In this document: positions 1 through 9,545 of the stretch, piece after piece
Layout of the letters: every line of letters begins with the position of its first letter
Position numbering within the stretch: the stretch's first letter is position 1
Assembly: GCA_964521165.1 (NCBI GenBank)
Contig: CAZFRA010000004.1
Span: 1 to 60,678 of the forward strand
Source: an uncultured Lachnospiraceae bacterium
Lineage (GTDB): Bacteria; Bacillota; Clostridia; Christensenellales; UBA1242
Direction of reading: 5' to 3'
Length of the DNA stretch: 60,678 nt
Made by a program: the position numbers and the translations under genes
The notes under the pieces: generated by a model
The model's database searches: none
Seen by the model: only the letters and a program-made list of their open reading frames with translations
What the model was told of the DNA's origin: nothing

Positions 1-50
1 AATGGTCTTCGGAACCATTAGTTCGGGTTCGAATCCTGACGGGAGCACCA
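1..50 (+). tRNA. 3' part of a class II (long variable arm) tRNA, cut by the window edge. Leu, Ser or Tyr identity cannot be resolved without the anticodon.
   Basis: Variable-arm hairpin aatggt/accatt; T arm with GGTTCGAATCC motif; acceptor 3' strand cgggagc, then discriminator A and an encoded CCA ending at nt 50. Confidence 0.7.
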
Positions 51-209
51 AAAGAAAAAATTGCATAAGGCTTTTCATAGTTTAATTTTCGATAAAATAG
101 AGATAAGATTAAAGATAATAAGCCTTAATAATTTTGATTTTTTAACTATTAATTAGTGTTTTTGTCAAATTTTATTTGCATTTTACTTATTTTTTGTTAT
201 AATAAAACT

Positions 210-1478
210 ATGAATAATTTCAATGTGCCACTTGCCGAACGAATGCGCGCGAAAAACCTTGATGAATTTGTCGGGCAGGAGCATATCGTTGGTAAGAATA
301 AGTTGTTGACCAGAGCAATGGCGACAGGAAATGTCGGCAGTTTGATTTTTTATGGTCCACCGGGCACAGGGAAAACCACTTTGGCAAATATAATTGCCAA
401 AATGATGAATGCGAATATTGAAAAATTAAACGCAGTATCAAGTGGGGTGGCAGATGCTAAGGCAGTGATAGAGCGAGCAAGGTCCAACAAGGCGATGTTT
501 AACAAAGACACATATCTTCTTTTAGATGAGTGTCATAGGTGGAGTAAGTCGCAAAGCGATTGTGTGTTACAAGCGATTGAAGAAGGAAGTATATATTTCA
601 TTGGTTCCACCACCGAAAATCCATACACCAGTATGACAAGGGCGATTGTTTCAAGATGTAGTGTGTTTGAGTTCAAGAAAATCACAGAAAAAGATGTTTT
701 GAAAGTTATCAATCGAGCACTGACCGACAGAGAAAATGGGCTTGGTGAAATCAAAATCAATATGGATGAAGACGCGAAGAAGTATCTTGCCTTCGTTTGT
801 AATGGAGATGTGAGGACCGCTCTCAACGCGTTGGAACTTGCAGTTAAATCCACCAAAATGAGCAAAGGATATGTCAATATAACCAAAGAAGTTGTAGGTG
901 AGTGTTTAAACAAGCGACCGCTATCTATCGATGAAAGCACATATTATGATTATCTTTCGGCATTTTGCAAAAGTTTGCGCGGGAGCGATACTGAAGCAGC
1001 ATTATATTACAGTCAAAGATTGATTCAGGCGGGTATCGACCCTTTGATTATCACCAGACGAATGATTGCACACGCGTCAGAAGATATTGGAATGGCGGAT
1101 TCAAATGCACTCTTAATGGCTTGTCTTGCAATGTATGCAGTCGAGAAAATTGGACCGCCGGAATGTTATTTAAACATCTCACACGCCATAATATATTTGT
1201 GTGAAGCGGAGAAGTCAAACAGCGTCTATATGGCGATGAGTCGAGCGGAAAAAGATGCCGCAATTGAGCGCGAAGACAATGTGCCAAATCATCTAAAAAA
1301 TCATCCAAGCACGAACAAAGACGGGCACGGGTCATACAAATATCCACACGATTTTGGCGGCTATGTTCAACAGCAATATATGCCTGACAAACTTAAGGAT
1401 AGGGTGTATTATGAACCGAGTAAAAATGGGAAAGAAAAAAATCTTATAAGAAAAAAATATCATAATGTGAAAAAGTAA
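210..1478 (+). CDS. rarA: Replication-associated recombination protein A (RarA/MgsA AAA+ ATPase)
   Basis: Walker A GPPGTGKTT, Walker B LLLDECHRW, MgsA-type C-terminal domain (AHASEDIGMAD). ATG at 210 (MNNFNVPLAERMR) preferred over the in-frame GTG at 156. Confidence 0.9.
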   Translation: MNNFNVPLAERMRAKNLDEFVGQEHIVGKNKLLTRAMATGNVGSLIFYGPPGTGKTTLANIIAKMMNANIEKLNAVSSGVADAKAVIERARSNKAMFNKDTYLLLDECHRWSKSQSDCVLQAIEEGSIYFIGSTTENPYTSMTRAIVSRCSVFEFKKITEKDVLKVINRALTDRENGLGEIKINMDEDAKKYLAFVCNGDVRTALNALELAVKSTKMSKGYVNITKEVVGECLNKRPLSIDESTYYDYLSAFCKSLRGSDTEAALYYSQRLIQAGIDPLIITRRMIAHASEDIGMADSNALLMACLAMYAVEKIGPPECYLNISHAIIYLCEAEKSNSVYMAMSRAEKDAAIEREDNVPNHLKNHPSTNKDGHGSYKYPHDFGGYVQQQYMPDKLKDRVYYEPSKNGKEKNLIRKKYHNVKK

Positions 1479-1488
1479 GGAGAAGAAA

Positions 1489-2445
1489 ATGTTTGGAAGA
1501 AGAGCAGACGGAAAAAGAGTTAAAAATCTTATGATTATCGAAAAAGCGGTGCCGTATTTTATGCCAATGCGTATTGACGGCGTGAATTTATATAAGCAGG
1601 CGGTTAAATGCAAACCGCTAGATGACTTTATTTTGAAAGAAAGAAAGGAAAGTGGTGTTCATTTTAACTATACCGAACTTTTGATTGCTGCTGCGGTTAG
1701 GATGATATATGAAAGACCAAAAACCAACCGCTTTGTTGTCAATTGCCAAATCTATCAAAGAAATGAAATCACCGTTTCAATGGCGGTCAAGCCACGACTT
1801 TCGGATGATGCCGATGAAATAACTTTAAAATTCCACTTTACAGGTCGTGAAAATGTTTATGAAGTTAAAAAGATTGTTGACGACGAAATTTCTAAAAATA
1901 TCGGTAAGAATGTTAACACCACACACAAAACCACCAAAGCAGCTGAAATTTTAGGTAAAATGCCGCATTGGATGTTTAAGGTGGCGATGAAACTCATAAG
2001 ATTTCTTGATAGGTATGGTCTTTTGCCAAAATCTTTGATTGATGCCAGTCCTTTCCATACTTCCATTTTTGTCACAGACCTTAAAAGCATTAAACTTGGA
2101 AAAGTTTATCACCATCTATACAACTTTGGCACGACCACAATGTTTGGAGCACTTGGAAAGGTGGAATACGTTCCAGTGAGCGACAGAGATGGTAACATTC
2201 GAACCGAAAAAGTTATGGAACTTGGACTTTCACTTGATGAACGCGTGGCTGACGGATTATATTATGGCAATAGTGTGCGACTTTTGGGTAAATATCTTGA
2301 AAATCCAGAAATATTAAAACAATCAATTCTTGAAGAAGAACTTAAAGTTAAGGGTAAAAAAATGTCGCAAAAAAAATTAGAGAAAAAAGAAAAACGCCTT
2401 CAAAAGAAAAAAGAGAGAATGGAAAAGAAGTTGGAGAAAAAATAA
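1489..2445 (+). CDS. Stand-alone 2-oxoacid dehydrogenase E2-type (CAT-fold) acyltransferase domain protein with a Lys/Glu-rich C-terminal tail
   Basis: The motif LSLDERVADG aligns by eye with the E2 catalytic motif DHRxxDG, with Glu in place of His. No lipoyl domain. SD aaggag lies upstream of the ATG. Confidence 0.6.
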   Translation: MFGRRADGKRVKNLMIIEKAVPYFMPMRIDGVNLYKQAVKCKPLDDFILKERKESGVHFNYTELLIAAAVRMIYERPKTNRFVVNCQIYQRNEITVSMAVKPRLSDDADEITLKFHFTGRENVYEVKKIVDDEISKNIGKNVNTTHKTTKAAEILGKMPHWMFKVAMKLIRFLDRYGLLPKSLIDASPFHTSIFVTDLKSIKLGKVYHHLYNFGTTTMFGALGKVEYVPVSDRDGNIRTEKVMELGLSLDERVADGLYYGNSVRLLGKYLENPEILKQSILEEELKVKGKKMSQKKLEKKEKRLQKKKERMEKKLEKK

Positions 2446-2667
2446 GTTTTTTATACAAGTTTTATATGAAAATTCCATAAATTGCATATAGAATCTATTT
2501 TTCGACACAATTGACGAAAAATTGACAGAAATATGACGCCAAAATGGTGTTATATTTTTATTATTGTAAAATTTTGTAAATAAAACCTTAAAAAATGTGG
2601 CACAATGATTTGACTATAACTTTTTTTGATTTTATAATCACTTTTGTTTTTTGCAAAAGGAGATTAT

Positions 2668-3189
2668 ATGAAAGAAAATTTTTGGACGAAAACTTTGCTC
2701 GGAATTTATTCTTATTTGGAAACAATTGCGGATGCTATCGACAAAATAACAATGAAAACAGCGCTCAGTTCTTTCCAATTTTCAAGGTTAAGTTTAGAGA
2801 AAAATAATGTTTTAACAATTTCCAACAAACTGATTAATTTATCCGAAAGAAAAGTGACTTTGATAAATCTCAAACTTTTGATTGAAAAAACGCTTTTATC
2901 TTTACCAAAAAAAGATGCAATTTTGCTTATTCATCGATACATTAATAAAAGTAAAGCGACAGAAATTTCTCAAAAAAGTGGAATGAGTGTTCACTCGGTT
3001 TTTCGAAAGTTACACGCTGTGGAAGATAAGTTTGTTTTTGCTTTGTCAAAACAGGGATACGACAATTTGAAGCTTAAAGATATGCTCAAAAACGAGCACT
3101 GGATTTTGAATTATTATAACGACCTTGCTACAAAAAAAGCGGAAAACTTTTCTTTTTCGGGTGGTGTGGAGAAACTTGTTGCGTTATAA
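2668..3189 (+). CDS. Small helix-turn-helix protein (sigma-70 region 4-like). Candidate phage-type late regulator or small terminase subunit.
   Basis: LPKKDAILLIHRYINKSKATEISQKSGMSVHSVFRKLHAVEDKF resembles a region-4 HTH. ATG at 2668 has the SD aaaggag 7 nt upstream. Confidence 0.45.
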   Translation: MKENFWTKTLLGIYSYLETIADAIDKITMKTALSSFQFSRLSLEKNNVLTISNKLINLSERKVTLINLKLLIEKTLLSLPKKDAILLIHRYINKSKATEISQKSGMSVHSVFRKLHAVEDKFVFALSKQGYDNLKLKDMLKNEHWILNYYNDLATKKAENFSFSGGVEKLVAL

Positions 3190-3951
3190 GTCTTTTTCAT
3201 CAAATTCAAAATAATCGCCATACTGAATTTTTCGTATACCTTTTTTCTCCACCTTTTGCTTTTTCGTTTTTGAAGGTTTGATAAGAAAAAACAAAATAAA
3301 TGCACTTGGAACAGCAATGGCAATAATCAACAAAATCTTTGTGCCGGTGGAAAGAGCGGCAAACTCTTCACCATTAGTGGTGGCTGTGAACACTTCTTCG
3401 CTTATTTCAGTAAAGCTTTCAGTGTTTATGATGATTGTTGGTTCTTTGTTTACCACACCAGAATAGATATATCCTTGATAAGTCACTCCATTAATAACTG
3501 TGCTACAAAAATACCACGTGCTAACATTTTCTTTCATCATTTCTCCGTCAATTGCACCATAATAATTTAGCGTTTGATTTTCTTCAAAAGTCACAACAAC
3601 ATTAGACGAAACAGTTGGTTGTTCATATAGTTCATAACTTGTGTAATTGACAAAAGTGGTATTGAAATATGGAGTGCTTGGTGTTCCAGACATTAAGGTC
3701 ACATCACTCTTCAAAACATAACCTTCAATATCTTTATAAACCGCTTGATAAAACACATCATTTTCCACGCCTAAAATTTGCACAAAATATGAGTATGGTA
3801 AGATAAAAAGCTGAGAGGATGTGTCTGCGTTTTGGTAAAAATACGCGCTCTGTGTTTTCACCTTGCCAAAATATGCGCTTTCCGCATAGGCGATATTCGG
3901 AAAACTTGCAAAAAAGAGAAATAAAGCCAAAAAAATATATATTTTTTTCAT
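3184..3951 (-). CDS. Secreted, C-terminally membrane-anchored protein with an SH3b-like domain
   Basis: Signal peptide MKKIYIFLALFLFFASFPNIAYA; SH3b-like segment (YFYQNAD...IEGYVLKSDV); C-terminal TM helix followed by a Lys-rich tail. Confidence 0.6.
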   Translation of the reverse strand: MKKIYIFLALFLFFASFPNIAYAESAYFGKVKTQSAYFYQNADTSSQLFILPYSYFVQILGVENDVFYQAVYKDIEGYVLKSDVTLMSGTPSTPYFNTTFVNYTSYELYEQPTVSSNVVVTFEENQTLNYYGAIDGEMMKENVSTWYFCSTVINGVTYQGYIYSGVVNKEPTIIINTESFTEISEEVFTATTNGEEFAALSTGTKILLIIAIAVPSAFILFFLIKPSKTKKQKVEKKGIRKIQYGDYFEFDEKDL

Positions 3952-4047
3952 ATTCTCATTTTAATTCTTTTCATATTTTTTCTAAAGAAGAATTTTGTCA
4001 AAAAAATTGTTTATTTATATCATTTTGTATTTTATGGAGAATTTTTT

Positions 4048-5466
4048 ATGAAGGAAATTATTGAAAACATAAAAAAAATTGATTTAGAACTTGAAAAACG
4101 CAAGAATTTTTCTGTTTTTTTATATAATCAAGGAGAAATTGTCCACAAAAAACAACTTGCATTTCATAAATGTACAAAGCGTAATCGCTGGGTTTTTGGT
4201 GGAAATCGTTCGGGCAAAACGGAATGCGGAGCGGTGGAAGTGGTCTATCTCGCACTCGGAATACATCCATACAAAAAGAACAAACTGACGGAAGGATGGG
4301 TGGTTTCTCTTTCAAGACAGGTACAAAGAGATGTTGCGCAAAAGAAAATCTTGCAATACCTTCCAAAACATTACATTGAAAAAATTGTTATGCTTTCCGG
4401 CAATCAAGGAAGTTTTGAAAGTGGAGTTATTGATTTTATCGTTGTTAAAAGTGAAGTTGGTGGGTTAAGTCGAATTGGGTTTCGCACTTGCGATCAAGGT
4501 CGAGAAAAATTTCAAGGGGCGAGTCTTGATTATGTTTGGTTTGACGAAGAACCACCCTTCGACATTTATCAAGAGTGTCGAATGCGCGTTTTAGACAAAA
4601 GTGGAGAAATTTTTGGCACGATGACACCGCTCAAAGGTTTAACTTGGGTCTATTATCAAATCTATCTCAATGAAAACAACGATGAAGAAGTTTGGTATGA
4701 ACAAATGGAGTGGGCAGACAATCCATATCTTCCGCAAAAGGAAGTGGAAAATATGACGAAAAATATGTCGAGTGAAGAGATTGATACTCGGCGATACGGA
4801 AAATTCCGCTCAACAAGCGGGTTGGTTTATCCAGAATTTGACGAAAATGTCAATGTCATCGAGCCATTTGATGTGCCGAAAGAGTGGCAGGATATGATTT
4901 CTATTGACCCGGGACTTCATAATCCACTTTCTGCGCATTTTTATTGCGTTGATTTTGACGGTAATGTCTATGTGGTTGCCGAGCATTATGAAGCCGAAAA
5001 AGATGTCACATATCACGCCACAAAAATCAAAGAAATTGCTGAAAAATTGGATTGGAAGAAAAATAGTGGTGGCAAATTGACGGCACTTATTGACCCTGCT
5101 GCCAATCAGAAAACGCTTTCAAGCGCCAAAACAGTGGTGGAACTTTTTAACGAAAATGATATTGTTGTTAACACAAAAGTCAACAAAGATATGTTTTCTG
5201 GAATTGCCACCGTCAAGGCGTATCTTAAAAATGCCGAAAATCGAAGTCGACTTTTCATCTTCAAAAATTGTGTTAATCTCATAAGGGAGATTAAGTCGTA
5301 TTGGTGGGGCGACGGCGACAATCCTATCAAAAAAGACGACCACGCACTTGACGAACTTCGCTACTACCTTATGACCAAACCAAAAAACACCTTTCACACA
5401 AAAAAGACGACCCTACAAAAAGAGAAAGAAAGGTTGGCAAAAAGATTAAAATTACGAAATACTTGA
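4048..5466 (+). CDS. Phage terminase large subunit-like ATPase/nuclease (orphan)
   Basis: Walker A GGNRSGKTE, Walker B LDYVWFDEEPP, RNase H-like nuclease motifs MISIDPG and KKDDHALDELRYY. 472 aa. Confidence 0.8.
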   Translation: MKEIIENIKKIDLELEKRKNFSVFLYNQGEIVHKKQLAFHKCTKRNRWVFGGNRSGKTECGAVEVVYLALGIHPYKKNKLTEGWVVSLSRQVQRDVAQKKILQYLPKHYIEKIVMLSGNQGSFESGVIDFIVVKSEVGGLSRIGFRTCDQGREKFQGASLDYVWFDEEPPFDIYQECRMRVLDKSGEIFGTMTPLKGLTWVYYQIYLNENNDEEVWYEQMEWADNPYLPQKEVENMTKNMSSEEIDTRRYGKFRSTSGLVYPEFDENVNVIEPFDVPKEWQDMISIDPGLHNPLSAHFYCVDFDGNVYVVAEHYEAEKDVTYHATKIKEIAEKLDWKKNSGGKLTALIDPAANQKTLSSAKTVVELFNENDIVVNTKVNKDMFSGIATVKAYLKNAENRSRLFIFKNCVNLIREIKSYWWGDGDNPIKKDDHALDELRYYLMTKPKNTFHTKKTTLQKEKERLAKRLKLRNT

Positions 5467-5603
5467 AAGATAAATAAAAATAATAAAAAATGTAGAAAAA
5501 AATGAAAAAAATAAAAAATTATTAAAATAATTCATAAATATTTTGCAAATATGTTTGGAAAAATATTATAAATTATGATAAATTAAATTATGGAGAGATA
5601 AAT

Positions 5604-7958
5604 ATGAAAAAATCTTTCTCATTATTAAGTTTAATTCTCGTTTTTCCGCTTTTTATTTGTGGAATGTTTTTTATTTTGAATTTTTCTTACACACCGTCCT
5701 TTGCTTCGGCGGATACACAAACTGTTGAGATAGGCACTGCAGAGGAATTTGTAGATTTTGTAAATAATTACGACGCTAGCAGTCAAAATACCAACATTGT
5801 TTTAACTTCAAATATCAACCTTCAAGGGCAAACTTTGACAAGCACAATTGGAACATCGGACTATGCTTTCCAAGGCACTTTCAACGGTCAAGGCTATTCC
5901 ATTTCTAACATCACTTTTGAAATTCAAAATCAAAGCGGTAATTTATATGTAGGCATTTTTGGTAAAACTTCTGGTGCGACGATAAAGAATTTACAAATTT
6001 CTGGAAGTTATAATATCAGCATTAACGAATCGACATATTCGTATATCGGCTTGCTTGTCGGAAATGCCGATAACAACACCACAATTGACAAATGTCTTGT
6101 CACTGCCACGCTCTCTTCGATAAACTTTCTTGATAGTAACACCTTCAAAAATGTCTTTATAGGTGGAATTGTTGGTGATATGCAAGGCAATTCTTCAATA
6201 ACAAATTCCATTTCTCGTGCACAACTTACAAATGGAATTGAGTTTGGCAGCAATAATTATTCCTATATTTCAGCCATCGGTGCTGTTGTGGGATATTTGG
6301 ATGCATCCTCTCTTCTTTTCACGATAAGTCAAGCATCAATCACAGTGGCTGTGAGTGATACTTATTCTGGCAGTGTCTATGTCGGCGGAATTGCAGGCTA
6401 CATCGTACAATCCAGTTCGCGAATTATTAACGCAGTAACAGAAACCACATTAAATGTTGACACAAACGCTACTGTGGGAATTGTTGGTGGATATATTTCG
6501 AATAACTCACCAGAAGAAGGCAATCTTTCTTCAATAATCTATTATTACACATCTTCATATCAAACTTTTGGTCAAAATAAAAGTGGTAGTTCATATGAAA
6601 TTTACTCCGTATCTTCTACCATCCAGAATTATTCCAGTGTGGAAGAATATTTCACTGACAAACAAAACTTGTGGAATGCAGTAGTGGGCGACAAGTGGGA
6701 TTTTTCAAATATTTGGACAACACTCAATTCTAACATAAATTTGCAACCATTTATCGGAGACTTTACTTTTTCGGTGCAGTTTACAAGTTTGAACATAGGT
6801 ACAAGTCAGTTAGGTGTTTTGGATGTGGTATATGATTTTGAGTCGGGTTATCGTTATGATAACACAGCAAGTTTTACATTTAAGTTTAGCACCTCAAACG
6901 AATATGTGAAGAACTATTATCAACTTTCCAATCTCAATCTTGGAAACACGGTGGTTGGCACTTTTATATATAATGAAGCTGACGATTCATATTCTTTATT
7001 GACAGCATCGGGCTATGATAGAATTTCTTTAACGAAAAACACTTCTGACGATACATATACCGTCACAATTTCCGGCGTGACGGATAACTATGACGGTACT
7101 TATTCCATAACCATTTCAGCGGTGCAATTCACTGGTGTTTTCACTTATCGACTTTATGATGATGGGAATATAGTGGGAGAAGATGAAAAAAGTGAAGCTT
7201 TTGTTTATATCACAGACAGTCAAAATACTAGGACGCGTGAAGTTTCGATAAGTTATTTCACATACAACTATGAAACATCGGTCACAACTCAACAAATTTC
7301 CACTTCGCTTTATGCTTTCACAGGTTGGTATCTTGTTGTTGAAGATGGCGAAGATATTGAAATTACCACATTAAGAACACTGGAAATAACTTTCGGTGAA
7401 GGCTATTTCATTGATGATTTTGAAGTATATGCGCGATACGATTCTGACGCGTGCAATCTTATTTTCAGTATTGACGACGGCGTGCAGATGATTATTCTTG
7501 GAAGCGAACAATATTATGTGGAAGAAACAAATGTTACCATTCCAATCTTCAAACAACTCACTCAACTTCGTATGAGTGTTTATATCAAAGAAAATTATAT
7601 TTTTGATGTCAATGAATTTATGGATCTTTTGAACACATACAAAATAGACCAGTCGGCGACTGATTTTTGTTCGCTCGTTTCGGAAACTGTCACGGAAGAT
7701 GGGTTGACAGTTTATGAATTTAGTTTGAATATGACAAACTTGGATTCTCAATTTAGTGATGTTTTCACAATAACCTTCACAACAACATATGACAACAGCG
7801 ATAACAACACGCTTATTTGGATTATTGTTGGCTCAATTGCCGGCGCTCTTCTTCTTGCTGGTCTTATCGTTTTGATTATCTTTTTGGTTAGACGCCGTGG
7901 CAGTGGTGGCGGTGGCGGAAAAATTCGCACATCTTTCAAAAAAGGAATGTATTACTGA
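5604..7958 (+). CDS. Large cell-surface protein with GLUG-type repeats, an N-terminal signal peptide and a C-terminal TM anchor
   Basis: Signal peptide ending FASA|D. Repeated G-x-(I/V)GG(I/L)(V/A)G motifs (YVGIFGKTSG, IGLLVGNADN, IGGIVGDMQG, VGGIAGYIVQ, VGIVGGYISN). C-terminal TM helix followed by RRRGSGGGGGK. Confidence 0.7.
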   Translation: MKKSFSLLSLILVFPLFICGMFFILNFSYTPSFASADTQTVEIGTAEEFVDFVNNYDASSQNTNIVLTSNINLQGQTLTSTIGTSDYAFQGTFNGQGYSISNITFEIQNQSGNLYVGIFGKTSGATIKNLQISGSYNISINESTYSYIGLLVGNADNNTTIDKCLVTATLSSINFLDSNTFKNVFIGGIVGDMQGNSSITNSISRAQLTNGIEFGSNNYSYISAIGAVVGYLDASSLLFTISQASITVAVSDTYSGSVYVGGIAGYIVQSSSRIINAVTETTLNVDTNATVGIVGGYISNNSPEEGNLSSIIYYYTSSYQTFGQNKSGSSYEIYSVSSTIQNYSSVEEYFTDKQNLWNAVVGDKWDFSNIWTTLNSNINLQPFIGDFTFSVQFTSLNIGTSQLGVLDVVYDFESGYRYDNTASFTFKFSTSNEYVKNYYQLSNLNLGNTVVGTFIYNEADDSYSLLTASGYDRISLTKNTSDDTYTVTISGVTDNYDGTYSITISAVQFTGVFTYRLYDDGNIVGEDEKSEAFVYITDSQNTRTREVSISYFTYNYETSVTTQQISTSLYAFTGWYLVVEDGEDIEITTLRTLEITFGEGYFIDDFEVYARYDSDACNLIFSIDDGVQMIILGSEQYYVEETNVTIPIFKQLTQLRMSVYIKENYIFDVNEFMDLLNTYKIDQSATDFCSLVSETVTEDGLTVYEFSLNMTNLDSQFSDVFTITFTTTYDNSDNNTLIWIIVGSIAGALLLAGLIVLIIFLVRRRGSGGGGGKIRTSFKKGMYY

Positions 7959-8085
7959 TATATAAACATACGAATAATAAAATCGTATTAAAATAAAAAA
8001 ATAATTAAAAAACAAAAATAAATTATAAAAGTATTGATTTTTTCATATTTTTTTGTTTGATAAATAGACTTTTTTCTTCAACTCA

Positions 8086-8115
8086 TCATATTTTTAAAAA
8101 ACTTTATTCATAATA
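8086..8115 (+). promoter_or_regulatory. Candidate forespore (sigma G-type) promoter for the germinant receptor operon
   Basis: TCATA, an 18-nt spacer, then CATAATA, compared with the sigma G consensus GCATR-17/18-CATnnTA. The -10 element ends 5 nt before the ATG at 8121. Confidence 0.3.
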
Positions 8116-8120
8116 CTATT

Positions 8121-9545
8121 ATGAACAAAATAAATGTGGAAAAAGAAATAGAAAAACTCAAAAAAGAACTCCATTTTTCTTTTGATGTTGCTGACAGAAT
8201 TTTGAAAAAAGATAATGTCACAATTGGTTTTATTTATCTTAAAAGTTTTACGGATAATCTCATTTTTTCTTCTGCTATATATGAACCAGTTGTGAATTCA
8301 AATGTATTTTCCTTTTCTGATATTAAAAATTTTGTTCGGTCAAATGATATAAAAGAGATTGAAAAAAGAGAAGTTATTGAAAACATATTGAAAGGCGCTG
8401 TCATCATTTTTCTCGACAACAGCGAAAAATACTTAGCGGTGGATATTCAAAAATTCAACACTCGTTCACCGTCCGAACCACCAACAACGCCGGTAATCCA
8501 AGGTCCGCGCGAAGGTTTCACCGAAGATATCAAAACAAATCTTGGGCTTTTGCGCAAGCATTTTTATTCCAAAGATTTGGTTTTAAAAAGTTTAACGGTT
8601 GGCAGGCAGACAAAAACGCAAATTGTGATTGCTTATCTTGCCGGCATTGCCGACACAAAAATTGTGAAACAAATTGAGAAAAAACTCAAAAAAATCGATG
8701 TTGATGGTGTGGTGGACAGTTACTATCTCATTCCTTTTTTGTCCAACCGACCGAACTCTCTTTTCAAGCAGGTCGGAAACACGGAAAAACCAGATATCGT
8801 TACCGCCAAACTTTTAGAAGGAAGGGTGGCAATTTTGGTGGATAACACACCAATCGTTTTGACTATACCTTTCGTTTTATTAGAAGAACTTCAAAACACG
8901 AACGATTATTACACCAATTATCTTTATTCCACTTTGTTGAGATTTATAAGAGTAATCGGTGGACTTCTTGCTGTGCTTGGACCAGGGATTTACATCGCAC
9001 TTCAACTTTTTCATTACAACATTATGCCACTAAAATATTTAATAACAATTGCTGACAGCACGCAGCAGATTCCATTCACGCCGTTTATTGAAATTCTCTT
9101 CATATCTCTTCTTTTCCAAATTTTGTATGAAGTGAGTTTAAGACTGCCGAGTTATTTGGGGCTTGCAACTTCAATCGTTGGCGCACTTATCCTTGGCGAC
9201 ACTGGTGTTAAGGCGGGGCTAATCTCGCCACCTGCCGTTATTGTTGTGGCGATTGCAAAAATTGCGTTATACACCATTCCAGAACAAGCGCCGCAAATCA
9301 ATGTTTTACAGTTTGTTTTCTTACTTGTCGGTGCGTCGCTGGGGCTTTTAGGGCTTGTGGGTGGATTTATTTATGTCATCTTGTATTTGAATGGCATAGA
9401 AAACTTTGGAACGCCATATCTTGCCCCATTTTCTCCATTTATTTTGAAGGATAATAAAGACGGACTAATTCGTGTACCTTGGACGTCAATGCACAAAAGA
9501 CCATATTCATACAGTGTAATTGACCGTGAAAAAGTTGGTGAATAA
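8121..9545 (+). CDS. Spore germination receptor, A subunit (GerA/GerKA family)
   Basis: Family-typical VIQGPREGFTEDIKTNLGLLRK and a C-terminal multi-TM region. First gene of an A-B-C operon. Confidence 0.9.
   Translation: MNKINVEKEIEKLKKELHFSFDVADRILKKDNVTIGFIYLKSFTDNLIFSSAIYEPVVNSNVFSFSDIKNFVRSNDIKEIEKREVIENILKGAVIIFLDNSEKYLAVDIQKFNTRSPSEPPTTPVIQGPREGFTEDIKTNLGLLRKHFYSKDLVLKSLTVGRQTKTQIVIAYLAGIADTKIVKQIEKKLKKIDVDGVVDSYYLIPFLSNRPNSLFKQVGNTEKPDIVTAKLLEGRVAILVDNTPIVLTIPFVLLEELQNTNDYYTNYLYSTLLRFIRVIGGLLAVLGPGIYIALQLFHYNIMPLKYLITIADSTQQIPFTPFIEILFISLLFQILYEVSLRLPSYLGLATSIVGALILGDTGVKAGLISPPAVIVVAIAKIALYTIPEQAPQINVLQFVFLLVGASLGLLGLVGGFIYVILYLNGIENFGTPYLAPFSPFILKDNKDGLIRVPWTSMHKRPYSYSVIDREKVGE

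Noticed and set aside
2446-7958. Complete prophage or integrative element around the terminase
   Set aside because: I saw no integrase, portal, capsid, tail or lysis genes, and no flanking direct repeats. Only a lone TerL and a possible HTH partner are present.
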